This document shows, piece after piece, positions 24,850 to 37,747 of a stretch of 64,000 nt of DNA. The notes under the pieces are model-generated. The model was not told where the DNA came from and ran no database searches. It saw nothing but the letters and a program-made list of their open reading frames with translations. Position 1 is the stretch's first letter; each line of letters opens with the position of its first letter. A program made the position numbers and the translations under genes. The stretch covers positions 20,026,001-20,090,000 of the forward strand of contig OZ024756.1 in NCBI GenBank assembly GCA_964016885.1, written 5' to 3'. Origin of the DNA: Eledone cirrhosa (taxonomy: Eukaryota).

Positions 24850-26180
24850 TTCACCTACTCTTTATTTCTACCACACTCTCACCTACTCTCTCTCTCTCAC
24901 GCCTACTCTCTCTCTCTCACTCTCACCTACTCTCTATTTCTCCTACTATCTCTCATGCCTACTCTTTATTTCTCCCACTCTCTCTCTCTCTCTCACCTAC
25001 TCTCTCTCTCTCACGCCTACTCTCTCTCTCTCACTCTCACCTACTCTCTATTTCTCCTACTATCTCTCACGCCTACTCTTTATTTCTCCCACTCTCTCTC
25101 TCTCTCTCTCACTCTCACCTACTCTCTCTCTCTCACGCCTACTCTCTCTCTCTCACCTACTCTCTATTTCTCCTACTATCTCTCATGCCTACTCTTTATT
25201 TCTCCCACTCTCTCTCTCTCTCTCACTCTCACCTACTCTCTCTCTCTCACGCCTACTCTCTCTCTCTCACTCTCACCTACTCTCTATTTCCCCTACTATC
25301 TCTCATGCCTACTCTTTATTTCTCCCACTCTCTCTCTCTCCCACACTCTCACCTACTCTCTCTCTCTCACGCCTACTCTCTCTCTCTCACTCTCACCTAC
25401 TCTCTATTTCTCCTACTATCTCTCATGCCTACTCTTTATTTCTCCCACTCTCTCTCTCTCTCCCACACTCTCACCTACTCTCTCTCTCTCACGCCTACCC
25501 TCTCTCTCTCACTCTCACCTACTCTCTATTTCCCCTACTATCTCTCACGCCTACTCTTTATTTCTCCCACTCTCTCTCTCTCTCTCACTCTCACCTACTC
25601 TCTCTCTCTCTCACGCCTACTCTCTCTCTCTCACTCTCACCTACTCTCTATTTCCCCTACTATCTCTCACGCCTACTCTTTATTTCTCCCACTCTCTCTC
25701 TCTCCCACACTCTCACCTACTCTCTCTCTCTCACGCCTACTCTCTCTCTCTCACCTACTCTCTATTTCTCCTACTATCTCTCATGCCTACTCTTTATTTC
25801 TCCCACTCTCTCTCTCTCTCTCACTCTCACCTACTCTCTCTCTCTCACGCCTACTCTCTCTCTCTCACTCTCACCTACTCTCTATTTCCCCTACTATCTC
25901 TCACGCCTACTCTTTATTTCTCCCACTCTCTCTCTCTCTCTCTCACTCTCACCTACTCTCTCTCTCTCACGCCTACTCTCTCTCTCTCACTCTCACCTAC
26001 TCTCTCTCTCTCACGCCTACTCTCTCTCTCTCACTCTCACCTACTCTCTATTTCCCCTACTATCTCTCACGCCTACTCTTTATTTCTCCCACACTCTCTC
26101 TCTCTCACTTATTCTCTATTTCTCCTACTCTCTCTCTCTCTTTCTCACACCTATTCTTTATTTCTACCACTCTCTCTCTC
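24850..26180. repeat. CT-rich compound minisatellite
   Basis: CCTACTCTCT-based units with about 120-bp higher-order period. Confidence 0.9.
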
Positions 26181-27951
26181 TCTCATCTACTTGGTATTTC
26201 TCCCACTGTGGGACAGTGTGGGATAGTGTAGAGGGTAGGTGGTGGTGGTGGGAAAAGGAGGGGAGGTAAAGGTGAGACAGATAGGGCATGCTGGGTAAGT
26301 AGAAGTGGTAAGGAGGGGAAGTGAAGGTGAGACAGATAGGGCATGCTGGGTAAGTAGAGGTGGTAGGGAGGGGGGGGGGTGAAGGTATGACAGCGAGGGG
26401 GAGGTAGAGGTGGCGGGGAGGAAGGGGGCAGGGGGCGTGCAGGGTAGGTAGAGATGGAATGAGGAGGGGAGGTAAAGGTGAGACAGATAGGGCATGCTGG
26501 GTAAGTAGAGGTGGTAGGGAGGGGGAGGTGAAGGTATGACAGCGAGGGGGGAGGTAGAGGTGGCGGGGAGGAAGGGGAGGGGGGGGCGTGCAGGGTAGGT
26601 AGAGATGGAATGAGGAGGGGAGGTAAAGGTGAGACAGATAGGGCATGCTGGGTAAGTAGAGGTGGTGGGGAGGGGGAGATGAAGGTATGACAGGGATGGG
26701 GGTGCAGCGTGTAGGTAGAGTAGAGATGGGGGCAAGGAGGTGAGGTAGAGAATGTGACAGGGCAGGGGGGGGAGGAGGGGTTGTAGGGTAGGTAGATGTG
26801 TCCTGGGGAGGTGGGGGAGAGAGAAGAGGGACAGGAAGCGGGGTGCTGGGTATGAAGAGGTGTCGGGGGAGAGAGGCTGTGTGCGCTGTAGGGGAGATGG
26901 GCTAATGTTTGTGGTGACAGTGGGAGCAGTAGGTATGGTTGTGTGAAATCTAACATATTTCTAGCCTGTCACACTTTATAGTTGGTATTGGAGAGATTCT
27001 CACTTTGTTTATGATAGTAAAGCTTGGAGGAAAGGCATGAACATCACAACTTCATATTTCCCCCTCTTTCCCATTAAAGTAATAGTGTGCCATTTCTATA
27101 TACTCAGAGGAAGTCAATATTTTAACATCACTGATAAATAGAGAGACAATTATTGATATTGTCGGTGTCAGTGTCTCTGTGTGTGTGTGTCTGTGTGTCG
27201 GTGTCAGTGTCAGTGTGTGTTTGTCGATGTCAGTGTGTGTGTGGTGGTGTCAGTGTGTGTGTGTGTGTGTGTAAGTGTGTGTGTGTGTCAGTGTGTCGGT
27301 GTCAGTGTGTGTGTGTCAATGTGTGTAAGTGTGTGTCTGTATTTGTGTGTGTATGTGTATGTCAATGTGTGTGTGTGTCTGTAAGTGTGTGCTTGTCTGT
27401 GTGTCCGTATGTGTGTGTATAAGCGAGTGCTTATCTGTGTGTCTGTAAGTGTGTGTGTGTGTCTGTTAGTGTGTAAGTGTATGCTTGTCTGTGTGTCTGT
27501 AAGTGTGTGTGTGTGTGTGTCTGTAAGTGTGTGTATCTGTGTGTGTGTAAGTGTGTGTGTGTCTGTAAGTGTGTGTCTGTGTCTGTAAGTGTGTGTCTGT
27601 AAGTGTGTGTCTGTGTGTGTCTGTAAGTGTGTGTCTGTGTGTATGTAAGTGTGTGTGTCTGTGTCTGTATGTGTGTGTGTGTGTGTGTGTCAAAGAATAA
27701 GGAAGTTTCTAAATATCAAAAATCAATAACTTGTTAAAGGAACTTACTTTAAAACAAGGAGGAGAAGGAGGAGGAGGAGGGGGGAGAAGGAGGAGGAGGG
27801 GGAGGAAGAGGAAGAGGAGGTGAGATATGGTTGGTTTAAATAGTAAAAAAAAAAAAAAATAAATAAAAAAAAAATAACAATACAAAAGAACCAACAAAAG
27901 CTGAGAAATAAAAAGAGAGGAATGAAGGGGTGAAGTGAAATGTGAACCTAC

Positions 27952-28096
27952 TTGTTCATAGAGTTGAACCATGGATCCAGCCAAGGAGTGGATTTTACTT
28001 GGATTGCTCCAGATGGGATGATTTGGTAACCTTTGGTGAAATATTGAACTTAAATATGCCATATAGACTGATTTCAGTTGTTCGTGGTCCGGATAG
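27952..28096 (-). CDS. DYNC2H1: DYNC2H1 exon
   Basis: YPDHEQLKSVYMAYL...IWSNPSKIHSLAGSMVQLYEQ. Confidence 0.94.
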
Positions 28097-28173
28097 CTGA
28101 AGGAAGAAGTAGAGTAAATGTTGTGAATAAGGAGGCTATTTCCTAATATCAATAGGATTATTAGAGAAGACAA

Positions 28174-28224
28174 CCTTGTCTGATGATCCCGTGTGTGTGA
28201 AGGTGAAACTCCAGAGTAACAAGG
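28174..28224 (+). ncRNA. Hammerhead motif, family C
   Basis: CCTTGT-CTGATGA-TCC...GGT-GAAA-CTC(CA)GAG-TA-ACAAGG; perfect 6-bp stem I and GUA triplet. Confidence 0.65.
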
Positions 28225-28421
28225 CTCACCACTTAGCCATTAAATGAATATTTAAACCCTATTTTGGTATTGAATACTTTTTCTCACATCCATCAATAAT
28301 ACATGGTTTTATGTGTTTTCCAAGAGATGGCAACCTGAATGGACCTGTTGTTTTTCTCTAAAAACATTTTTTTCAGATTCTGCCCTGTCCATCCCTTCAA
28401 TCTTTCTAATTTCTCATTCTT

Positions 28422-28457
28422 TCTTCTGATGAAGGACTAGTGTTTGAAATGTTAAGA
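28422..28457 (+). ncRNA. Degenerate minimal hammerhead motif, family D
   Basis: TCTT-CTGATGA-AGGACTAGTGTTT-GAAA-TGTT-AAGA; related core-truncated copy on the minus strand at 63272-63300. Confidence 0.45.
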
Positions 28458-28794
28458 CCCTCTACTTGCTATTTCAAACATTAAACTAATATATACCTTC
28501 CATATACTATACCGATTGTGTTGTTATTTCCGTTTACCTTTTACACACACACACTTATATATATAAAATTAAATTAAAAGTCGATTGACATTATCTATAA
28601 AATAAACATATCAAACATTGACAGGAGATAATTTGTAAAGGGTGTAAACACACATCGTTATGGAGATAACATATTAGAATTTAACGAGAACTTTCAATAA
28701 AGATTAATCTCCTTTGTATATATTCCATTAAAGAAATATATTTCACCTAGACATCTTTAAGTTTGTTAGTATATATATATATATATATATATCA

Positions 28795-29141
28795 TCATCA
28801 TCATCATCATCATCATCATTTTACGTCCGCTTTTCCCTGCTTGCAAGGGTGGGACGGGAACTGATTCTGGCTTGATTTCTACAGCTGGATGCCCTTCCTA
28901 ACACCAACCTCATTTACAGTGAGTGCTGGGTGCTTTTTTGCCGTGGCACCTCCACGACCACTTTACAGTGGAATGATATGGACCCCAGTCCTATCATCTC
29001 ATTTCTACAGCTGAGTAAACTGGAGCAATGTGAAATAAAGTGTCTTGCTCAAGGAAACAACACATCACCCAGACTGAGAATTGAACTCACAACCTTTCGA
29101 TTGCAAGGCCAATGCTCTAACCACTAAGCCATGTGCCTCCA
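28795..29141 (-). mobile_element. tRNA-derived SINE family 1 (CORE-like centre, RTE-like tail), full copy
   Basis: A box TGGCTTAGTGG, B box GAGTTCAATTCT, (GAT)n tail; near-identical copies at about 1525-1890, 10430-10770, 54209-54543 and 61530-61871. Confidence 0.85.
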
Positions 29142-29302
29142 TATATATATATATAAAATATAGTTTGCAGTGCTGAGACCGAAGTGACCACTAATCATGT
29201 GAGTACTTGATACATGGGGTGATGTAGAGTGGGTATAGAGATGTGTAAAAATCCTGACTGTGGTGCCAAGCCGAAACTGCTTGGCACCGCAGTCAGTATT
29301 TT

Positions 29303-29367
<65 letters not shown>

Positions 29368-29536
29368 TAAAAGGAATTCCAACTTTGTCTGATTTACTCG
29401 TTTTATTTACAATCCTTTAAAATTATAATGGTATTATAATGAAATAGTATGGTAGAATATTAAATGTTAAGTGTTAATTGAACAAGTACTTTCATGCTCA
29501 GTTGAAAATTGCAAACTTGATTGTCACCACTGAATA

Positions 29537-29575
29537 TGAACCTGAAGATTGCGAAAGCATGAAAGTACTTGTTCA
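29537..29575 (+). ncRNA. Minimal hammerhead motif, family E
   Basis: TGAAC-CTGAAGA-TTGC(GAAA)GCAT-GAAA-GTAC-TT-GTTCA; 5-bp stem I and palindromic stem III. Confidence 0.65.
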
Positions 29576-30116
29576 ATTAACACTTATCATTTAATATTCT
29601 AGCATACTATTTCATTATAATACCATTATAAATTTTAAAGGATTGTAAATAAAACGAGTAAATCAGACAAAGTTGGAATTCCTTTTATTAATATAATCTT
29701 CTATACACAATCATACACACCCGTGTATATTTATTTATATATATATATATGTGTGTGTGTGTACACATATAAGAGGGTAACCCATGCTAGCATGGAAGAT
29801 GGACGTTAAACGATGATGATGTGTATTAGTTGTTGTCTACTGCAAAAGACATTGACATTGTCTAAAGGATTATTCCTGGTTTTTCCCTTCAATATCGTAG
29901 GAGTTCACTCTGAAACAAAGAATTCATTTCTTGAATCATTGAGTCTATAATTCCACTTGCACTGCTTTTGTGCAAAAGAAACTTTATATGCATATATATA
30001 TCTATGAAGGATTTCCTTCGAATGTAGAAGCCATTTCTATATTAAATTTTGTATATACTGTACAAATGTATTGAGTACATTACTTACTGTGGTTACCCAT
30101 GATTGAACCCAGGGCT

Positions 30117-30149
<33 letters not shown>

Positions 30150-31394
30150 ACACATATATTATGTCACATCATATCTCTGCCTGCTACTGGTACTATGAAC
30201 CCAGTACAACTTGTTTCATGGTCGGGCAGTCAGCAACTAAACTGGCTTCCCCACCAGACCAGGGTCTGCTGAGAAGGGTAAGTGGAAACCCAGCTGTCAA
30301 CAAGAGCTGTCAAAGGGTCCAAAGAGTCAATGGCCATTGACCCTGTCTATGGTTTAAATAGCCTCAGCAACCTACAATTGGTCAAGAGTGGTTAGTATGA
30401 CTACAACCACTAGAAAGGTTAAACTTCATGACAATAACACATGCGATCCTCATAACTGTCCTGTTGGTCCTGTTGTCTTGACTTGTCACTGGACACATAG
30501 CTGCGAGGGATGGAATCGGTGCTATGTGTGTAGCACAAACATGTAGCATTGATATCTTTCATCATCATCATCGTTTAACGTCCATATTCCACGCTCGCAT
30601 GGGTTTGGACGGGAGTTTTCCCACTTGAGGCAAGAGTGGTTGTCTTGCTCGCATAGGACTGTCTGGCAGGTTTTCTACAGTTGGATGCCCTTCCTAACAC
30701 CAACCACATTTACAGTGTGGGACTGGGAGGTTTTTACCGTGTTACCTACACGGCCACATTACAGCGTGGACTGTGTGTTTTTTTTGTCGTGACACCTACA
30801 CGACCTCATTTGTTTCGGACTGGATGTTGTGACACCAACATAACTTTACATCTTTATGGTCAGATATTTCTTCACAAGTCTCACAGCAGTGGAGTAGTGG
30901 CAACATGTACAGACTTGACTGGTTAGAAGCACATAGTCACAAATCTACCCCTGGGCAGCTCAAGTCTTTTCCTAATGCCACTGCACTGTTAATCTGAACA
31001 GCAACATGATTCTACAGAGAGTTGAGCATCTGAGCAGTTCTTTTTGGGGACGCACTGTTCACCCATACCACATGGGAAGGGTCTAGAAAAGGTGACCTAA
31101 ACAAAGCCTGTTCAGTCATTAAAAGAGCCAGCAGCCTGCAGTGGTTCATAATAGCAGGAAATTTCTGTCTTCTGTAAAGAAGTGGCAGTTATCATATATA
31201 TATATATATATTGGTAAAACATGAGTGGATTTATCCATCTTCATTTCTTTTTCTTATATATCATCATCATCATCGTTTAACGTCTATCTTCCACGCTAGC
31301 ATGGGTTTAGACGGGAATTGTCCTACTTGAGGCAAGATTGGTGGGGTGACCATGCCTCACTCATATAGGACTGTCATATTTATATATATACTAC

Positions 31395-31765
31395 TAAAAC
31401 TCTGTGAGTACCTTTTTGATTTCCATGTGTCTAACACACATGGGCATGCCCACAAAGTCAGAAAACAGCACAGTTCCCATGACTTTCGGAAACATTTTTT
31501 CATGCTGAGTTGCTGAAGCATGGAATAAACTACCTGCATCAGTTGTTAGCTGTCGAGACACTGCATCCTTTAAGGCCTCCATGCTTCCCGAGATTTGCCA
31601 ACACTACACCTAATGTTCCCCCCATACACATACACTCATGTATATCATGACTCATACACTATTCACTTCCCTGACATTTGTGTATTATTCTATGTACTAT
31701 ACATGCACCTTTGACGAGTTGTAGTGCACCTGAGCACTTTACACAATAATTTCATTATTATTATT
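31395..31765 (+). mobile_element. CR1/L2-like LINE 3' end
   Basis: Degenerate GH.HKV.K...FRKHFF...AWNKLPASVV motif, then a 3' UTR ending in (TTA)n; an inverted UTR copy lies at about 63145-63231. Confidence 0.7.
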
Positions 31766-32151
31766 GTGTACTCTTCTGTAATTTAATACAGCCAAAACGG
31801 AGCATAATGGGAAAATACTTTGAAAGGATGTTGATACAAATGGAATAAAACAAGTTTCACATAAATCAGAGCACTGGTTCCTTGTACATTCATAAATAGA
31901 GAGAGAGAGAAAGATAGAGACATATCTGTGAATATTTTAATTATTTAAAAATTATTAAGTGAATGTGTCCCAACGAGTCACAGTTGGTCTAATATATACA
32001 TAAAATTATAAGTGGATTCACAATGGGGTTTGGGAGATGACCACAATTAAAAAAGCGGTACTCAATACATTGGTAGCTAGTAGAGTATAGTCAACTTTAT
32101 TTTATATATGAGAGTTAAAGAGAGAAGGAAAAAGAAATAGGTAAAAGTTAC

Positions 32152-32303
32152 CTTATTGAACATATCCTCACAATAGAAGTAAACCGAGTTGACAACTTAT
32201 GTCTGCCCAGTGATGTTCCAGGGTTCATGCTAGCCACAATTTGAACACTTTCAAGTCCAACCCACTCCAGACTGGAGTTATAGAAGCCTCCAAATGTGAA
32301 TAT
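32152..32303 (-). CDS. DYNC2H1: DYNC2H1 exon, AAA3
   Basis: IFTFGGFYNSSLEWVGLESVQIVASMNPGTSLGRHKLSTRFTSIVRICSI. Confidence 0.95.
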
Positions 32304-32791
32304 CTGAAAACAGATACAACTTCCATTATGCTAACATCAATTTTGTTAAAAAAGAGACTGTCTTAAAATAAATGCTTTATTTATGAAAAATAGCCCCATG
32401 AGTTGGAAATCTAAGTAACAAAAAACCTGTGTTAAAAGCCATCTTATTTTAACCTTTTAACATTTACATTATATATACTATTGTATTTTCACGGTAAAGG
32501 CTTTATCTCACATAATATCAAATTTATGAAATTTTGATATTAGTTATTTTGAGAAGAATACCTTAACACCAATATGAGTGGCTAGTTATGGCTGGTTTGA
32601 ATAGAAAGAGGTGAGAAAATTCTAGCCAGATATAGCCAGTTTAAATGTTAAAGGGTTAAGCTGACTTACATTCATAATTCATAATTTGCTCAATGCCTTC
32701 TAAAAAAAATTAAACAGAAAAATTAAAATTACAAATTAAAAAAAAACCCAAACAAATAAGCTCCAGTAGATATAAATCCTAGGTGACACAC

Positions 32792-33038
32792 CTGTCTGAG
32801 GAATGCAATTAACTGGCAGGTTTGCCATTTATCACGGCGGGGAAGGTTGATACCTTTCAGATACAAAATTAGTCGTTCTCCTTCTTTAGGCCTGTACCTC
32901 CGTCCAGTGTTTGTGCTGACCAGCAAGCACATCTGGTCAAGCTTCTGTAGAATGTGCAATGGTGTGGTTTGTGCATTGCAATGCAATGTTGCAACACTGA
33001 CAGAGCGCAGTTGCTGGAAGCAGTGATGCAGCAACAGA
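32792..33038 (-). CDS. DYNC2H1: DYNC2H1 exon, AAA3
   Basis: SLLLHHCFQQLRSVSVATLHCNAQTT...STNTGRRYRPKEGERLILYLKGINLPRRDKW...AFLRQ. Confidence 0.95.
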
Positions 33039-33992
33039 CTGCAAAATAAGAATAAGAAAAAATATATATATAATAAAATAATATAAATAATAAAATAAAA
33101 TTTAAAAAAATTGACAACCATGAAATATTTTATTGTCTCTTCTTCTTTGCCCAATTATTCATGAGAGGGTTGTGGGGACAGAGTCCTCAAACACTCATTC
33201 CAGTGGGTCCTGTCAGAAGCAACCCTTCTCAATTGATCTGGCTGAAACTCTAAGCGAGACCAGCCGAGCTCTCCAGCAATTCTTTCCTGAGACATTCTAA
33301 CCATATGCTCATAGAATCAGAGCTGTGAAATACATCCCTACAATGATTTCTGATTTAGCCACAAGGTCAATAATTTTAGGGGGAAAGGGAAAGTCGATTA
33401 AATTTACCCCAGTGCAAACTTTTACATTTGTATTTTTTTAATTATGTTCCAAACACCAAATTTAGCATTCACATTATTTTATATATACTATTATATTTTC
33501 ATGGTAAAGGCTTTACCTCACATAATTATCTCGCATAATATCGAATCTATGAGATTTTGAAAGTATTTATTTTGAGAACAATACCTTAACATCAGTTTGA
33601 GCGACCAGTTACAGCCAGTTTCAACAGAAAGAGAATTCTGGCCAGTTTTGGCCGGTTTGAACATTAAAGGGTTAATAATGAGAAAATTACAAAAACCAGC
33701 TTAACCCTTTTGATTCCAAACTCCCTGAAACTGCCTCTGGTTCTATGATACAAAACTATTTGTTTTAAGGTGTTTATATTTATCTAAAAACCTTCCATCA
33801 TAATTTTATGTAAGAGCCTTTGTTAAGTTATGTTCCAAACACCAATTTAATAATGTGAAAGTTATATTACTAAATCGCTCCAAATTCTTGATTACTTCCA
33901 AAAGTATTTGAAAACCATAGGCAGTGTCATATTTTATTAGAAATATGGTAATGAATGGGTTAAAGCCATCTTGTGTTGTCGATGAAACTCAC

Positions 33993-34153
33993 CTTTTGCC
34001 ACATCCCTCTGGTCCAACAATGATAAATGGTTGATAGTGTTTGTCCTGAAGCCATAATGAGAAATAATCGAGGTTTCGTTGTACATCAACTGTTTTAATT
34101 ATGGGAAGCTGTGATCCTTGCTCCAAGCTGTTCAAATCATGGTGCTCATCTAT
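33993..34153 (-). CDS. DYNC2H1: DYNC2H1 exon, AAA3 Walker A
   Basis: IDEHHDLNSLEQGSQLPIIKTVDVQRNLDYFSLWLQDKHYQPFIIVGPEGCGK. Confidence 0.94.
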
Positions 34154-34339
34154 CTGTTGAAGACAACAATTAGAAGAAATAGCTTATATTAGTGTGTGTG
34201 TGAGAGAGAGAGAGTGGCTGAATATATATGAGAGAGGGAGGGAGACAGAGGTAGTGATGAGAGAAAGGAAGAGAAAGAGAATATTTGTATGTATATATGA
34301 GGCGCAGTTGTGTGAGAAAATATGTATATGAATGTATGT

Positions 34340-35385
34340 AGAGGAAGTTATACACAAGATACTGTTGTGGGAAACACAATAGAGTAGGTTATACACAAGA
34401 TACTCTTGTGGGAAACACAGTAGATATGGTTATACACAAAATACTATTGTGGGAAACACAGTAGAGGAAGTTATACACAAGATACTATTGTGGGAAACAC
34501 AGTAGAGGAAGTTATACACAAGATACTGTTGTGGGGACTGACTCATGGGAGAGACAGTAGAGGAAGTTTTACACAAGATACTGTTGTGGGGACTGACTCA
34601 TGGGAGAGACAGTAGAAGAAGTTATACACAAGATACTGTTGTGGGGACTGACTCATGGGAGAGACTGTAGAGGAAGTTATACACAAGATACTGTTGTGGG
34701 GACTGGCTCATGGGAGAGACAGTAGAGGAAGTTATACACAAGATACTGTTGTGGGGACTGACTCATGGGAGAGACAGTAGAAGAAGTTATACACAAGATA
34801 CTGTTGTGGGGACTGACTCATGGGAGAGACAGTAGAAGAAGTTATACACAAGATACTGTTGCGGGGACTGACTCATGGGAGAGACAGTAGAGGAAGTTAT
34901 ACACAAGATACTGTTGTGGGGACTGACTCATGGGAGAGACAGTAGAAGAAGTTATACACAAGATACTGTTGTGGGGACTGACTCATGGGAGAGACTGTAG
35001 AGGAAGTTATACACAAGATACTGTTGTGGGGACTGGCTCATGGGAGAGACAGTAGAGGAAGTTATACACAAGATACTGTTGTGGGGACTGACTCATGGGA
35101 GAGACAGTAGAGGAAGTTATACACAAGATACTGTTGTGGGACTGACTCATGGGAGAGACAGTAGAGGAAGTTATACACAAGATACTGTTGTGGGGATGGC
35201 TCATGGGAGAGACAGTAGAGGAAGTTATACACAAGATACTGTTGTGGGGACTGACTCATGGGAGAGATAGTAGAGGAAGTTATACACAAGATACTGTTGT
35301 GGGGACTGACTCATGGGAGAGACAGTAGAGGAAGTTATACACAAGATACTGTTGTGGGGACTGACTCATGGGAGAGACAGTAGAG
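34340..35385. repeat. 55-bp minisatellite (about 16 copies) preceded by 40-bp variants
   Basis: Unit GTAGAGGAAGTTATACACAAGATACTGTTGTGGGGACTGACTCATGGGAGAGACA. Confidence 0.95.
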
Positions 35386-35533
35386 CAAGACCTTCTAAAA
35401 CCTTCAGACAATACAAATCTCAGTAGGGAGCGGTTGCCAGGAGGAATGGGAAATTGTGAATTGTGGAGAATGTAGAGACTTTGTGAGGAACGTTCAACTG
35501 TGGTCGCAATGATGATGATGATATGCTACTGAC

Positions 35534-35641
35534 CTGGCTCTCTTGTAGTGTGTATGTCTTCAGTCGTCCAGCCTCTTCATCATAGTATGTATCCAGGATG
35601 TGTTGGGAGTCAGGGGGATTTTCTCCAATCATTGAAAACAC
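35534..35641 (-). CDS. DYNC2H1: DYNC2H1 exon
   Basis: VFSMIGENPPDSQHILDTYYDEEAGRLKTYTLQESQ. Confidence 0.9.
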
Positions 35642-36024
35642 CTGAATTTGGACAAGAGAATCAGAATAGCAACAACAACAACAACAACAACTACAACAAC
35701 AATACTAATTTCTAATTCTTGGTCTTTCTCTAGCTTTGGTAAAGGAAGACCAAGGAAAATCTGGGCAGAGGTGGTGAGAAGTGATCTCAAATCATTAGAA
35801 CTCACAAAGAAGATTAGGAAGGAACTCAAGAATGGCAGAAACATCATTAGCAACAGGTGAAGTAAATCTGCATTGATTCATGTCAGCAGTTTCTGACTTT
35901 TCACTAGCAACAAGTAAATCTTTTCTCACTTCCTTAGCAACAAGTACCGTATTTCACAGCGCCGAAGATGCTTCATCCTTGAGGATGCACCCTAATTTTG
36001 ACAACCCAAAATTTGAAAAGAAAT

Positions 36025-36212
36025 AATTGTTTCTACTTTAGGCACAAGGCCAGCAATTACCCAGTGCATCACTGGTACTTTATTTTATCGACCCCGTAAG
36101 GATGAAAGGCAAAGTCAACCTCGGCGGGATTTGAACTCAGATCGTAAAGGGACGTAACTATGCTGGAAAGCATGGCGTCTGACCCTCTACCGATACTGCC
36201 AATCCACCGCCC
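36025..36212 (-). mobile_element. tRNA-related SINE family 2 (Meta-like domain), representative copy
   Basis: Contains GCCTTTCATCCTTACGGGGTCGATAAAATAAAGTACC; many copies, e.g. about 810-995, 4185-4577, 43540-43920, 49568-49860, 50440-51200, 57520-57920 and 61315-61505. Confidence 0.8.
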
Positions 36213-36904
36213 AGGTAAACAACCTTTGGGCTCCAGAACGCATGATAGATTTTTGAGACTTATTTTAGGAAAAAAGTAGGGTCTTTGACGCTGGGGAATA
36301 TGGTGAATCTTTTCTCACTTCCTTAGCAACAGTAAATCTATGTCATCCCACAGTAATTTTGACACTTCCTTAGCAACAAGTACAGTAAACCCATGTCAAT
36401 CCATGACAGTTGTGACGACACTTCCTTAGCAACAAGTACAGTAGGCCCAAGTCAACCCATGACAACTCTTCCTTAGCAACAACCCATGGCAGTTGTGACG
36501 ATACTTTGTTAGCAACAAGTATAGTAAATCTATGACAACATATGACAGCTTTTGTCCATCATTAGCAACAAATAAATCTGTTAACCCACAGTAGTTTTGT
36601 CACTTCCTTAGCAACAAGTAAAATAATCTGTCAACTCATAGCAGTAGGTTTAACACTTTATTAGCAACAAGTAAAGTAAATAAATGTGGAGGTGTGTGGC
36701 CTAGTGGTAAGGGTGTTGGACTTATGATCATAGTGTCATAGGTTCGATACCTGGACTGGTTTGTGTGTTGCAATCTTGAGCAAAACACTTCATTTCACAT
36801 TGTTCTAGTATACCCAGCTGAAAATAAGTACCAGCTGCAATAGCTGGGGATTTAACCCTGCGAAAGACTAGCATCCTGTCCAGTGGGGAGTCTTATACTC
36901 TCAG

Positions 36905-37235
36905 CCCATGTCAACTAATGTCAACCCATGCCAACCTATGTCAACCCATGTCAACTTATGTCAACCAATGTCAGTCCATGCCAGCCAATGTTGACTTATG
37001 CCAGCCAATGTCAACCCATTCCAACCAGTGTCAGCCCATGTCAACCAATGCCATCCAATGTCAACTCATTCCAACCAATGTCAATCAATGTCAACCTATT
37101 CCAACCCATGTCAACCAATGCCACCCAATGTCAACCCATGTCAATCAATGCCAACCTATGTCAGCCCATGTCAAGCAATGTCAACTTATGTCAATCAATG
37201 TCAACCCATGTCATCCTGTCAACTTAGGTCAACCC
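36905..37235. repeat. 10-bp degenerate tandem repeat
   Basis: TGTCAACCCA-like units. Confidence 0.85.
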
Positions 37236-37695
37236 ATTTCAGTTTTGATACATCATTCGCACCAAAGTGAAGGAAATCGGTACCAATTTCCCTAATTTTG
37301 ACATTTCATTAATAACAAATTTCGTTTTATTAAAAAAATAACTGATTTTTTAAAATATATTTTAACAGATATTACAAAATTAGATGTTTTATAATTATCA
37401 TTCATCACAGGAATTAAGTTAGAGTACAAATGTACTCATTGCAATTTCTGTCTGTGATGTAAAATATCTGGTTGTGGTGGTGGTTGTGTTGGTGGTGATG
37501 GTGAAGATGACAAAGATAATGGTGATGATGATGATGATGATAAAGATGATGAAGCTGATGTTGATGATGATGAAGGCAATGATGAAAATGATAAAGATAA
37601 AAATTATGATGATGATGATGGTGATGATAAAGATGATGATGATGATGAAGATGATGATAACTACTTTACAGTGTGGACTGGGTGCTTTTTGTCAT

Positions 37696-37736
<41 letters not shown>

Positions 37737-37747
37737 ATTACACTTAC

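Noticed and set aside
26230-26900. G-rich repeat with G-quadruplex potential
   Set aside because: G-runs are on the strand opposite the pre-mRNA and nothing else suggests function.
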